Origin: an uncultured Bifidobacterium sp.
Lineage (GTDB): Bacteria > Actinomycetota > Actinomycetes > Actinomycetales > Bifidobacteriaceae
Assembly (NCBI RefSeq): GCF_959020145.1
Contig: NZ_CAUEQY010000004.1
Coordinates: 13,433-77,432, forward strand
DNA length: 64,000 nucleotides
Reading direction: 5' to 3'
Positions 31,382 through 41,595 of this stretch are shown here, in pieces. The notes beneath the pieces are model-generated. The model did no database searches and was not told where the DNA came from. It saw only the letters and a list, made by a program, of their open reading frames with translations. The number at the start of each line of letters is the position of its first letter. The first letter of the stretch is position 1. The translations under genes and the position numbers were made by a program.

Positions 31382-32878
31382 TCAGTCGATGGCCTGCTCC
31401 ACGATCTGCGCGGCCAGCTGGTCGTCGACCTCCGCTTCGAGCATCATGCCGTCGTCGCGGTATTCGACGTTGATCACCTTGCCGTATTCGCGCACGCGGG
31501 ACATGAGCGAGCCGGCTGTGTACGGCAGCAGCGCCTCGACGTGCACGTTCGGCGTGGGCAGCATCGATTCCACGTGCTCGCGCAGTGCGTCGACGCCCTC
31601 CCCTGAAAACGCGGAGACGATGTGCGCTTCCGGCATCAGCGCCTCGATACGTTCGCGTGCGGCCTCGTCCATACGGTCGGCTTTGTTGAACGCCACGATC
31701 GTGGGGATCGTCTCGACGCCGTCGATGTCGGACAGCACGTCGTTGACGGCGTCGATCTGGGAGAACGGGTCGGGATGCGAGCCGTCGACCACGTGCACGA
31801 TCAGGTCGGCGTCGGCGACTTCCTCCAACGTGGATTTGAACGCTTCGATGAGCTGCGTTGGCAGGCGGCGCACGAAACCGACGGTGTCCACATACGCGTA
31901 CAGTCGCCCGTCCTTGGCTTTCGCACGGCGTACGGCGGTATCCAAAGTGGCGAACAGCGCATTCTCCACCAGTTCCGCGGAACCGGTCAGCCGGTTGGTC
32001 AACGACGATTTGCCGGCGTTCGTATAGCCGACCACGGCGACGGTCGGCAGGCCGAAGCGACGGCGCGCGCCACGTTTGACGTCACGCGCGGGCGCCATCT
32101 GTGCGATCTGCCGGCGTAGTTTGGCGATTCTGCTGCGGATCACGCGACGGTCCATTTCGATTTTCGTCTCACCCGGACCACGCGAGCCGATGCCCGCGTC
32201 GCCTGCCGCGCGGCCGCCCGCCTGACGCGACAGCGACCCGCCCCAGCCGCGCAGTCGCGGCAGCATGTATTCGAGCTGTGCCAGCTCCACCTGCGCCTTG
32301 CCTTCGCGCGAAGTCGCATGCTGTGCGAAGATGTCGAGGATGACGGCGGTGCGGTCGACCACCTTCACTTTGGTGGCGTCTTCCAATGCGCGTCGTTGGC
32401 TCGGCGGCAGATCATCGTCGACGACGATGGTGTCCGCCTCGTCCTGCGCCACGATGCCGGCCAGTTCACGCGCCTTGCCGGAACCCACGTATGTGGCCGC
32501 GTCCGGCTTGATGCGGTGCTGCAGCAGGCCGTCGCACACCACGGCGCCCGCGGTTTCGGCGAGCGCGGCGAGTTCTCGGAGCGATTCCTCGGCCGCGGCC
32601 TGCGTGGTCTCGCGGCTGGACCATACGCCTACGAGCACGACGCGTTCGAGCCTGACTTTACGGTATTCGACTTCGGTGACGTCCTGGATCTCGCCCAGAC
32701 CCGCCACATGCTTCAATGCGTTGCGGGATTCGCGTTCCTGCCACTGTTCGTCGTGGGTTTCGCGAAGGTGTTCCCCGCCGTCGGTATCAAGCAGCACGTC
32801 GGATTGGTCGGCGAGCACTCCCCCGACGTCGCCTGCGGTCATGCTCTGCTCGATATCGTTCTCTTGGCTCAATGGCAC
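31382..32878 (-). CDS. hflX: GTPase HflX
   Basis: DRTAVILDIFAQHA, GPGETKIE, GYTNAGKSS, LFATLD, DTVGF, NKAD. Confidence 0.97.
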   Translation of the reverse strand: MPLSQENDIEQSMTAGDVGGVLADQSDVLLDTDGGEHLRETHDEQWQERESRNALKHVAGLGEIQDVTEVEYRKVRLERVVLVGVWSSRETTQAAAEESLRELAALAETAGAVVCDGLLQHRIKPDAATYVGSGKARELAGIVAQDEADTIVVDDDLPPSQRRALEDATKVKVVDRTAVILDIFAQHATSREGKAQVELAQLEYMLPRLRGWGGSLSRQAGGRAAGDAGIGSRGPGETKIEMDRRVIRSRIAKLRRQIAQMAPARDVKRGARRRFGLPTVAVVGYTNAGKSSLTNRLTGSAELVENALFATLDTAVRRAKAKDGRLYAYVDTVGFVRRLPTQLIEAFKSTLEEVADADLIVHVVDGSHPDPFSQIDAVNDVLSDIDGVETIPTIVAFNKADRMDEAARERIEALMPEAHIVSAFSGEGVDALREHVESMLPTPNVHVEALLPYTAGSLMSRVREYGKVINVEYRDDGMMLEAEVDDQLAAQIVEQAID

Positions 32879-33004
32879 CTCTCACGGTTGAACTATGGTG
32901 TCTTTATTATCATCATTGTCTAGAGACATGGGCATCACCGTTTTCGCCACGTGGACGCGATTACCGCGCGGATGCCGGAGGACGAACGTTTGCAAGGAGA
33001 GAGC

Positions 33005-33616
33005 ATGGCACAGGCCGAGCAGTATTTCGCGGCGGAACCGCAGTCGAAGGACGTGCGCAGGAAGCTGCATGTCACGTTGCGTGGCAATGAGGCGGATGTG
33101 GAAGTGTCGAACGGCGTGTTTTCCGGCAATCGTGTGGATTTGGGCACGTCGGTGCTGCTTCGCCAGGCGCCGGAACCGCCGGAGGAGGGCACGTTCCTTG
33201 ATCTGGGCTGCGGTTGGGGTCCGATCGCGCTGACGTTGGGTTTCGAATCGCCCAAGGCCGATATCTGGGCGTTGGATGTGAACGAACGCGCGCTTGAGCT
33301 CACGCGCCGCAACGCCGAGTTGAACGGCATGGGCAATATCCATGCCGTCACCGCCGAGCAGGTTCCGGCCGTTCTCATGTTCGATCTGATCTGGTCGAAT
33401 CCGCCGATCCGCGTCGGCAAGGAGGCTCTGCACGAGCTGCTGATGACGTGGCTGCCGCGGCTTAACGCGGGCGGTGCCGCCTATCTGGTGGTGCAGAGGA
33501 ATCTGGGTTCCGATTCGCTGATTCCGTGGCTCGCCACGCAGTTGGGCGACGGGTTTGAAGTGGGCAAGTACGCGAGTTCGAAGGGCTTCCGCGTCATCGA
33601 GGTTGTGAAGGCATGA
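33005..33616 (+). CDS. Small SAM-dependent methyltransferase (RsmC/MTS family)
   Basis: GVFS..VDLGT, LDLGCGWG, SNPPIRVGK. Confidence 0.9.
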   Translation: MAQAEQYFAAEPQSKDVRRKLHVTLRGNEADVEVSNGVFSGNRVDLGTSVLLRQAPEPPEEGTFLDLGCGWGPIALTLGFESPKADIWALDVNERALELTRRNAELNGMGNIHAVTAEQVPAVLMFDLIWSNPPIRVGKEALHELLMTWLPRLNAGGAAYLVVQRNLGSDSLIPWLATQLGDGFEVGKYASSKGFRVIEVVKA

Positions 33617-36600
33617 AATTCGAATATCCTTCCGAACTGCCGGTTTCCGCGGCTCGCAGCGACATCGCCGAAGCCGTCAGGTCAAGCCAGGTGGTGATCG
33701 TCTCCGGCCAGACGGGCTCCGGCAAAACCACGCAGCTGCCGAAGATTCTGCTGGAACTGGGCCGTGGATCGCACGGCAGGCAGATCGTGCACACGCAGCC
33801 GCGCAGGCTTGCCGCACGTACCGTCGCCGAACGAATCGCCAGCGAAATGGGCGTGACGTTGGGTGAGGAAGTCGGCTATCAGGTGCGGTTCACGGACGAA
33901 AGCTCGCCGAAGACGCGCCTGCGCGTGGTGACGGACGGTATTCTGCTGGCACAGATCCAACGCGATCCGAAGCTCATGCAGTACGACACGATCATCATCG
34001 ACGAGGCGCATGAGCGCAGTCTGAACATCGATTTCCTGCTCGGCTATCTGACGGCGCTGCTGCCCAAGCGGCGCGACCTGAAGCTCGTCATCACGTCCGC
34101 GACAATCGATTCGGTGAAGTTCCAGGAGCATTTCGAACACGCGCTGCACACGAAGGTGCCGGTCATCGAAGTGTCGGGACGCACGTATCCGGTGCAGATC
34201 GTGTATGAGCCGTTGGGCACCGCGCCGGCGCTGATGCGTTCCGTGCCGGGTTTCGAAACGGGCGCGATGCCCGGCGACGCGGATTACGAGGCGCTGTCGG
34301 CCGCGCCGGATGGCAGGGACGGCCGCGATTCGCGCGACACGAACGTGGACATGCCCACCGCGGTGGCGCGCGCCTGCGCCGAATTGGTGATCCATTCCAC
34401 GCACGACCGTGGTCCGCGCGACATTCTCGTGTTCGCTTCCGGCGAGCGCGACATCCACGATTTCGAGAACGCGCTGCGCCGCCATTACGGTCCGCGCGCG
34501 GCGGATATGCGCAGGCCGGATGCGATCGAGATCGTGCCGTTGTTCGCACGGTTGTCTTCGAAGGAACAGCATAAGGTGTTCGAACCGCATACGCATCAGC
34601 GTATTGTGATCGCCACGAATGTCGCCGAAACGTCGCTGACGGTGCCGGGCATCCGATATGTGGTCGATCCGGGCACGGCGCGTATCTCCCGCTATTCGAA
34701 GACGGCGAAGGTGCAGCGTCTGCCTATCGAGCCGATCAGCCAGGCGAGCGCGAACCAGCGTTCGGGCCGTTGCGGCCGTATCGCCGACGGCATTGCGATC
34801 CGCTTGTATTCGCGTGAGGATTTCGAGACGCGTCCCGAATTCACGGAGCCGGAGATTCTGCGCACGTCCCTGGGCGCGGTCGTGCTGCACATGCTGTCGG
34901 TGGGTGTGGCGCGTACGGCGAAGGATGTGACGGATTTCGGTTTCATCGATCCGCCGGATATGAAGGCCGTGTCGGATGGTTTCAACGAGCTGACCGAGCT
35001 GAAGGCCGTGGCGCGCAAACATGGCGAGGTGGTGTTGACGCATACCGGCCGTCTGCTGGCACGTATTCCGATCGACGTGCGTTTGGGCCGTATGGTCATC
35101 GAAGCCGCGAAGTCGACCACGCCGAACACTCTGGCGGCGGTGCTGGTAGTAGTCGCGTTCCTGAGCCTGCAGGATCCGCGCGAACGTCCCGACGAGAACC
35201 GTGAGGAGGCGGATCGGATCCACAACCGGTATGCGGACCCGACCAGTGATTTCCTGACCGCGTTGAACCTGTGGGACCGCGTGTTCCAAGCGGATGGCGA
35301 GCCGAGCAATTCCGCGCTGCGCCGCATCTGCAAGACCGAGTACTTGAGTTGGCTGCGCATGCGCCAATGGAAGGATTTGGTCGCCCAGCTGCGCGAAATG
35401 TGCCAGGAGTTCAAATTCAAGCTTGGCGAGCCGATTCCCGTGTCCCGTCCACCGTTGGAGATCCGCCAGCTGCCGCTTAACCAGCAGGCAGCGCATTCGC
35501 TGTGCTGCTCATGGGACGCGCAGGGCATCCACACGTCCATGCTTTCCGGCCTGCTGTCCATGATGGGCATGCAGGTCACGCGCGAGCCGAAGGCATCCGA
35601 TTTCGCTGGTTTGAAGGGTGCGGCACGCGCTCGTGCGATGAAACGCGCGCAGAAGATGGCGAAGAACGACTATCAGGGCGCGCGCGGCACGCATTTCGCC
35701 CTGTTCCCCGCCTCCGCCGTAGCCAAATCGACACCGCAATGGGTGATGAGCACCGAACTGGTGGAGACAAGCCGACTGTGGGCGCGGTATTCCGCGCAGA
35801 TTGATCCCGCATGGGCGGAGCCGCTCGCCGGAGCACTCACCCGTACCACGTACGCGGATCCGCACTGGTCCGGTTCGCGTGGCTCGGCCGTGGCGAGCGC
35901 GAAGGTGCTGTTGTACGGCCTGCCGATCGTGCAGGACCGCACCGTGCAATGGGGGCGCATCAACCCGCTCGAGGCACGCGACTTCCTCATCCGCCAAGGC
36001 CTGGTGGAAGGCGACATCCAGCAACGGTTCCCCTACGACGATTTCGTCATGCGGAACCGCGACATCCTCGAAGACGCGGCCGACGACGCGAGCCGCACCC
36101 GCCAGGTGGCGCAGACCGTCGGCGACGAGGACCTGTTCGACTTCTACAACGCCATCATCCCCAACACCGTCACCAGCGTGGCCGACCTGGCGAAATGGTG
36201 GAAGACAAGGCACGACGAACAACCCGACCTGCTGGATTTCGACCCGGACAAGGTGGAACGCCTCGCCGACTCCGATTCGGTGTCCTTGGACGACTATCCC
36301 GACCATTGGCATACGCTCGGCACCGACGGCTCCCCCATCGACCTAAGGTTGAGCTACATCTACGATCCGCACGACCCGAACGACGGCGTCACCGTGCACG
36401 TGCCGTTGAAGGCGCTGTCGCGGCTGACCCCGGAACAGTTCACATGGAACGTGCCGGGACTGCTGGACGAGCTCATCATCGGCATGATCAAATCATTGCC
36501 GAAAACCCTGCGCGTACAGTTCGTACCCGCCCCGGACACGGCACGCAGGATCCGCGCCTGGATCGACGAACGCTACCCCGACCTTCCCGGCTCCGGAAGC

Positions 36601-37722
36601 CAGCAAAAACCAAACCTGGCCCCCGAAAACGAGGATGGCGTCGCCACATGGCCCGACCTGCCACACGCGTTCACCCAAGCGGCCATCAGCATCGTCGGCG
36701 CGCAAATCCACCCGGAAGTCCTCACCGGAGAACTATGGAACAAGCTCGCACCATACCTGCGCATGACCTTCGCCGTGGAACAGCAGCTGCCGCCCAACCG
36801 CAAGAACCAGCACGGCAGACGGCACGCGCGAGGCCCCGTCAAAACACTCGGCACCGGCAAATCACTCGTCGAACTGCAACGCAGATTCGCCGAACAAGCC
36901 AAAGCCTCCGCACGCCACATGGTCGAAAAACAAGCCCGAAACGCAGGAGACCAAGGCAAGTTCGTCGAACAAGCCAACCTGCTCAACAAAGCGGGAGCGA
37001 CCACCGAAGCACGCGCCACCATGCTCTGGCAAGGCGCGCTCGACACGCTGCGCCTGCCCGGTGAACGCATCTCCTCACGCTGGCTCGGCACGGAAGCGCT
37101 CATGCTCGCCTCTGCCCCCTACAAGTCCACGAAGGAGCTCACCGAAGACCTGCAGCTGGCAGCCGTCAAACGGCTCCTGCCCAACATCGACCAGCTGCCC
37201 GACGACGAAGCGCTCGCCGACGCAGTGCTCGATGTGCGCGAAGTGTACGAGGACACCGTGTACGCGGTGGCGCATGACGTGATCGCCATACTGAAACGGT
37301 ATGCGGAAGTCGACAAAGCCGTGTCCGGCAAAGCGGACCTGCCACTGCTGAGCGTGCTGCAGTCGATCCGCGAACACATCGCCACACTCGTATACCCCGG
37401 TTTCATCGGCAAGACGCCGCCAGAGGCATTGCCGTCCATCGAACGATACCTGCACGCCGACCTGCTGCGCCTCACCAAGGCGAAAAACGACAAGAACCGC
37501 GACGTGCGATGGGCTTGGGAAGCCAACGAAGCCAAACAACTTGCCGACAAGGCCGTGGCGAAAGCACAACGTGAACCAGCCGGCCCACGCCACGAAACAC
37601 TGATGAAGCAGGCGGAAACCGTACGTTGGATGCTGGAGGAATTCTACGTGTCCCTGTGGGCACAGGAACTCGGCACGCCGAAACCGATCAGCCTGCAACG
37701 CATCAAAAAGGCGATCGCCTAG
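33613..37722 (+). CDS. hrpA: ATP-dependent RNA helicase HrpA
   Basis: GQTGSGKTTQLPK, DEAHERS, SAT, QRSGRCGR, C-terminal WMLEEFYVSLWAQELGT. Confidence 0.96.
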   Translation: MKFEYPSELPVSAARSDIAEAVRSSQVVIVSGQTGSGKTTQLPKILLELGRGSHGRQIVHTQPRRLAARTVAERIASEMGVTLGEEVGYQVRFTDESSPKTRLRVVTDGILLAQIQRDPKLMQYDTIIIDEAHERSLNIDFLLGYLTALLPKRRDLKLVITSATIDSVKFQEHFEHALHTKVPVIEVSGRTYPVQIVYEPLGTAPALMRSVPGFETGAMPGDADYEALSAAPDGRDGRDSRDTNVDMPTAVARACAELVIHSTHDRGPRDILVFASGERDIHDFENALRRHYGPRAADMRRPDAIEIVPLFARLSSKEQHKVFEPHTHQRIVIATNVAETSLTVPGIRYVVDPGTARISRYSKTAKVQRLPIEPISQASANQRSGRCGRIADGIAIRLYSREDFETRPEFTEPEILRTSLGAVVLHMLSVGVARTAKDVTDFGFIDPPDMKAVSDGFNELTELKAVARKHGEVVLTHTGRLLARIPIDVRLGRMVIEAAKSTTPNTLAAVLVVVAFLSLQDPRERPDENREEADRIHNRYADPTSDFLTALNLWDRVFQADGEPSNSALRRICKTEYLSWLRMRQWKDLVAQLREMCQEFKFKLGEPIPVSRPPLEIRQLPLNQQAAHSLCCSWDAQGIHTSMLSGLLSMMGMQVTREPKASDFAGLKGAARARAMKRAQKMAKNDYQGARGTHFALFPASAVAKSTPQWVMSTELVETSRLWARYSAQIDPAWAEPLAGALTRTTYADPHWSGSRGSAVASAKVLLYGLPIVQDRTVQWGRINPLEARDFLIRQGLVEGDIQQRFPYDDFVMRNRDILEDAADDASRTRQVAQTVGDEDLFDFYNAIIPNTVTSVADLAKWWKTRHDEQPDLLDFDPDKVERLADSDSVSLDDYPDHWHTLGTDGSPIDLRLSYIYDPHDPNDGVTVHVPLKALSRLTPEQFTWNVPGLLDELIIGMIKSLPKTLRVQFVPAPDTARRIRAWIDERYPDLPGSGSQQKPNLAPENEDGVATWPDLPHAFTQAAISIVGAQIHPEVLTGELWNKLAPYLRMTFAVEQQLPPNRKNQHGRRHARGPVKTLGTGKSLVELQRRFAEQAKASARHMVEKQARNAGDQGKFVEQANLLNKAGATTEARATMLWQGALDTLRLPGERISSRWLGTEALMLASAPYKSTKELTEDLQLAAVKRLLPNIDQLPDDEALADAVLDVREVYEDTVYAVAHDVIAILKRYAEVDKAVSGKADLPLLSVLQSIREHIATLVYPGFIGKTPPEALPSIERYLHADLLRLTKAKNDKNRDVRWAWEANEAKQLADKAVAKAQREPAGPRHETLMKQAETVRWMLEEFYVSLWAQELGTPKPISLQRIKKAIA

Positions 37723-37745
37723 CCACCAGCCAAAACCCCAACGGA

Positions 37746-37794
37746 TTGTTCCGTTTCTTCAAACCCGTCAACGCTTCTTGAAGAAACGGAACAA
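37746..37794. terminator. 17-bp hairpin at the hrpA/island junction, overlapping the permease 3' end
   Basis: TTGTTCCGTTTCTTCAA (37746-37762) / TTGAAGAAACGGAACAA (37778-37794). Confidence 0.6.
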
Positions 37795-38844
37795 CTGCGA
37801 TTCACGAATCAACAACCCCACCAATAGACTCGCCACCATGACACCGGCGAACACAGCCAACGGCGTGCGCACCGCAGCCGCCAACACCGCCACCCAATCG
37901 GACCGGCTCATCCGCACCGCATACGCCAACAACAACGCACACGAAGCAAACGTAGCCAGCCCGGCCCAAACACCGGTCTCCACACCAATACCCAGCAACT
38001 GCGCACCCTTCGACTGCCCCGAATGCAACGCACCCGCATACTCCAACCTACGCCGGCGCACACCAAACACACCAACCAACACGCCAATCGCCAACCCCAC
38101 CCACGGCATCCACCGCGTCGAACGATTCAGATACGACGCACGCGCGTCATAATGCGCATCAAACCCCTTATTCACCTGCGTCACACCCGCATTCGACGAG
38201 CCGGAACCCGCCACCAACGTGGCATACAGCAGATTTTCCATCTGTCCATCGGCCGGCCACCGCTTGACCCAACATTCGTTGAACGTCGAGGCGCTCGCCG
38301 ACACCGGCACGATGAACGCGTAGGCGAAACGCGTGTCACGCCCATCGTTCGGCCAGTCGAACACACCAGCCACACGTGTGGTGCCTTCGCGTGTCCGCAA
38401 TGCGCTGCCCACGGCGAGCCCGAAGTCCTTGGCCACGTCGCGCGGCACCCATACGCCGGACACGTCGGCCTTGGCATTGCCGGCGATCAGCCGGATCATA
38501 CCAGGCGTCACGTCATACGATGAGATGTCCTTGCCGGGTGTCGCGAGTGGCACGACCTGTTCGCCGGCACGCATCGCACCAGCCAAGGTTCCCGTCATTC
38601 CATCGCCGGCGTCGGACAACCGGTCGCATGCGGTGCCATCCACCGTTCCACCGACGATGGCGTTGACGTCAACGTACGCGTTGATGCGCTGCACGGCCTG
38701 CGATTCCAAGTCAATCACGGTCATCGCCTCATATCCGCCCAGCAGCGTTCCGGAGAGCAGCACTGCGAGGAACATAGCGAACGCGCGGCTCACGCCCGAA
38801 CCGATGTTGCGCAGCGCTTCGGAAAGCACCGATCCAAGTCTCAT
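37768..38844 (-). CDS. ABC transporter permease (FtsX/MacB-like topology)
   Basis: One N-terminal TM, a large extracellular loop, three C-terminal TMs, RRRLEYAGALHSGQS motif. Last gene of the ABC operon. Confidence 0.7.
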   Translation of the reverse strand: MRLGSVLSEALRNIGSGVSRAFAMFLAVLLSGTLLGGYEAMTVIDLESQAVQRINAYVDVNAIVGGTVDGTACDRLSDAGDGMTGTLAGAMRAGEQVVPLATPGKDISSYDVTPGMIRLIAGNAKADVSGVWVPRDVAKDFGLAVGSALRTREGTTRVAGVFDWPNDGRDTRFAYAFIVPVSASASTFNECWVKRWPADGQMENLLYATLVAGSGSSNAGVTQVNKGFDAHYDARASYLNRSTRWMPWVGLAIGVLVGVFGVRRRRLEYAGALHSGQSKGAQLLGIGVETGVWAGLATFASCALLLAYAVRMSRSDWVAVLAAAVRTPLAVFAGVMVASLLVGLLIRESQLFRFFKKR

Positions 38845-38925
38845 ATACGCTCCCTTATTGGCGGTTTCATGCGGTTTTCACACTGTTTGGCGAAGCTCAA
38901 CGGTTTCTTGCGATTCATCCGCCGA

Positions 38926-40014
38926 CTATTTGCAAACCAGCCCGTTGAGCCCGCTGCCGATTTCGACGTTGGCGATCGCGGACACGTCGGCATCCTGCGT
39001 CTGCACCAGACTCACGCCCAGCTCGCTGCCCACAATCGTCACCTTCGCCGGCGTATTAGACGCATTGTGGGATTTTGGTACGATGCAGCCGCTGCTGCCG
39101 TCGATGCCAAACACCGCTCCCGCCGGCACACGCAGCACCTGTAATGGTTCCTTCAATGCCACGGTGGCATCGAGACCGGCCTTTTTGGTCTGCATGTCCA
39201 TGGACTGGAACGTCTCGCTTGCCGACACATTACGCAGGAATTCGGCGTCGGTGATTTCCGTGCTATCGGCCGGCAATATTCCATTGACGCCATACATGCT
39301 TATGGTGCGATCCTGTCCTACCGCCGCGCCGTTTTTCACGGTGAGTTTCGTCAACGCTCCCGGTATTTTTCCGATTGCCGTACCGCCCGTCACCATGGAA
39401 CCGGTGGTGGCCGTCCACTCGTCGACCGCGACTGCGTTTTCAGGAATCCACATGGTGTCGGCAAGCGCAAGCGTGCCGTCGGAGGGGTTGCCGTTGTCGT
39501 TCATGAGTTGCCGCCAGCCGTCGGATGTTGCCCACCAGTAGGTGTCGGAACCGGCCACGCTGTTGTATCCGAGTCGGCTCAGCTCGTTGTTCAGTGCGAG
39601 CACGTCGTCGCCCTTGTCTCCGGTTTTGAGGTCACGGTATAGGGGTGTGGCAGTGTTCAAGGCCACGACCACGCGGTCGTTGACTTTGTATGCGCCTTTG
39701 CCGGAGGCGAGTCCGTCTGCGGACCAGTCGGCGGTGACGGTGCCGTTGGCGTTGCCGAGAAGATTACGTTCGGTGGAGATAGTGGGCACAACCGTCACTT
39801 GCTGGCTGCCGGAGTATTCCTGCACGCTGGCTGGCGCGGTGGTCGTCTCCCCTGCCGAGCCGAGCAATGCCGGCGCGCGATCCGGCAGGAGCAGCGCGCA
39901 TGCTCCCACGGACACGCAGATGGCGGTTGCCACGGCGAGCAGGCTCCAAGCCCATGCGAGTCGTCCGCGTCCGGCACCGTTCGTCACGGCTGTGGCGTTA
40001 TGTTTCTTTCCCAT
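38926..40014 (-). CDS. Membrane-fusion/adaptor-like protein with peptidoglycan-binding domain
   Basis: N-terminal TM, PLYRDLKTGDKGDDVLALNNELSRLGY (PG_binding_1-like), C-terminal VPAGAV...VTIVG...GL typical of adaptor proteins. Confidence 0.75.
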   Translation of the reverse strand: MGKKHNATAVTNGAGRGRLAWAWSLLAVATAICVSVGACALLLPDRAPALLGSAGETTTAPASVQEYSGSQQVTVVPTISTERNLLGNANGTVTADWSADGLASGKGAYKVNDRVVVALNTATPLYRDLKTGDKGDDVLALNNELSRLGYNSVAGSDTYWWATSDGWRQLMNDNGNPSDGTLALADTMWIPENAVAVDEWTATTGSMVTGGTAIGKIPGALTKLTVKNGAAVGQDRTISMYGVNGILPADSTEITDAEFLRNVSASETFQSMDMQTKKAGLDATVALKEPLQVLRVPAGAVFGIDGSSGCIVPKSHNASNTPAKVTIVGSELGVSLVQTQDADVSAIANVEIGSGLNGLVCK

Positions 40015-40036
40015 GAGTCGATGCCTTTCTATTCGT

Positions 40037-40678
40037 CTATTCTTCCAATTCCGGTTCCTGCGATTTGCTGCCGCCTGGCGCGTAGTCGGCGAGGTCGAGC
40101 ACACGGTCGCAGGCGTCGCGGGTGTCGGGATCGTGTGTGGCCACGAGCACGATCATGCCTTGGCCGGAAAGGTTGTTCAGCACATGGCTGACGGAATGCG
40201 CGGTGCGCGTATCCAATTGAGCGGTCGGCTCGTCCACGAGCAGCATGTCGGGTTTGGAGCAGACGGCGCGTGCCAGCATGAGACGTTGCGCCTCGCCGCC
40301 GGAGAGGTCGGAGAACCGGCGGTCGGCCGCGTATTCGAGGTCGAACAGCCCCATGGCTTCCAAGGCTTTGAGCTCCGCTTCCTTGCGCCGCATGCCTTTG
40401 GCGAGCAGCGGGAACACCACGTGGTCGAGCGCGGTGCGTTCCGCCACACCGTACGGGTTTTGAAACACCCATCCCACACGGTTCACGCCTTCACGGGTTA
40501 CGGTTCCGGCATATGGTTTCTCCCAACCGGCGAGAATCGACAGCAATGTCGATTTACCACAACCGGATGGTCCGCATACCGCGATGGTGGAGCCAGGTTC
40601 CGCCACGAAATCAAGATGCTCGAACAGCAGGTCTGTCCCCGGGAACCGGTGGGCCAGCCCTTCCACAACCACTCGCAT
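40037..40678 (-). CDS. ABC transporter ATP-binding protein (LolD/MacB type)
   Basis: GPSGCGKS, VFQ, LSGGEAQR, DEPTAQLD, VATHD. Confidence 0.93.
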   Translation of the reverse strand: MRVVVEGLAHRFPGTDLLFEHLDFVAEPGSTIAVCGPSGCGKSTLLSILAGWEKPYAGTVTREGVNRVGWVFQNPYGVAERTALDHVVFPLLAKGMRRKEAELKALEAMGLFDLEYAADRRFSDLSGGEAQRLMLARAVCSKPDMLLVDEPTAQLDTRTAHSVSHVLNNLSGQGMIVLVATHDPDTRDACDRVLDLADYAPGGSKSQEPELEE

Positions 40679-40700
40679 ATGAGCCCCTTCGCGCATCAGA

Positions 40701-41417
40701 CTACTTCAGCGGATACCAGACCGTCTCATCCGAGGCGGTCACGTTCACTCCGGCCGTCACCAAGCAGGTCAGCGCCTTCCTGTTATCGCGCAGTCCTGCG
40801 CTTTCTCCGGATTCCAAATCCTTCTCCAGCTTATCGGCGGTGTAGTCTTTGGGCTTTATGCCTTCCTTGCGCAGACAGTCGGCCGCCACCTCCTTGTCAT
40901 TGAGCAGCAGCTTCGGATTGCCCAACTGGAGCCTGTACACGGTGTTGATATCCGTGACATGCAGCATACTGCAGGATGTCAGATCGTCATTGAGTTTGCG
41001 GATCGCCTCTTTGCTGGCACCATCGGTGTTGTACGAGGGCAGAGCGTAAATGCCGTTGTCGTACTTGTCGAACGTCGGCTCGGCATAGCCTTTGTCTATG
41101 ATGCACTGCTTGTAATCCGCCCATGCGCGTTCGTAGTCGGCCTGACTCACCTTTCCGCCCGAAGCGGCCTTCTCCAGTGCAGACTTCTGCTGATCGGATA
41201 TTTTGCCGCCGTCGGAATCCAACAACGATCGCGCATAATCCTTCAGCGACGACGCGATTCGTTCACCCTGTTGCGATGATTGACCCTGCTGGGATTGACG
41301 CTCCCGTCGCGAGCTTTCTTTCAGTGCCCCGCAGCCCGTGCAGCCGACAAGCAAAGCGAGACAGCATATGACGGCAATAGCTTTGCCACGCATGCCCGTT
41401 TTCCTCGACATCGTCAT
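40701..41417 (-). CDS. Lipoprotein with four conserved Cys (paralog 1)
   Basis: Basic N-region, hydrophobic stretch, LVGCTGC lipobox. GAGGGG RBS. Aligns by eye with 43275-44015. Confidence 0.8.
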   Translation of the reverse strand: MTMSRKTGMRGKAIAVICCLALLVGCTGCGALKESSRRERQSQQGQSSQQGERIASSLKDYARSLLDSDGGKISDQQKSALEKAASGGKVSQADYERAWADYKQCIIDKGYAEPTFDKYDNGIYALPSYNTDGASKEAIRKLNDDLTSCSMLHVTDINTVYRLQLGNPKLLLNDKEVAADCLRKEGIKPKDYTADKLEKDLESGESAGLRDNRKALTCLVTAGVNVTASDETVWYPLK

Positions 41418-41505
41418 CAGCCCCCTCACAAACGACGCAGCCGTCAGGCCGCCATGGCCCGCTTTACCCCTATTCTATACCCCCAAGACCTGCCGTCACG
41501 CGCGG

Positions 41506-41524
41506 CATACCCAATATGGGTATG
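41506..41524. promoter_or_regulatory. Putative response-regulator binding palindrome (copy 1) upstream of the ABC operon
   Basis: CATACCCA-ATA-TGGGTATG. Minus-strand -10 TAGAAT at 41477-41472. Confidence 0.7.
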
Positions 41525-41595
41525 TGGAACCAGGTGTTCCCCAGCATCATCCACCGGCTCGTTGCATTTACCCCGTTCTCCGCGCCGGAAAGCCA

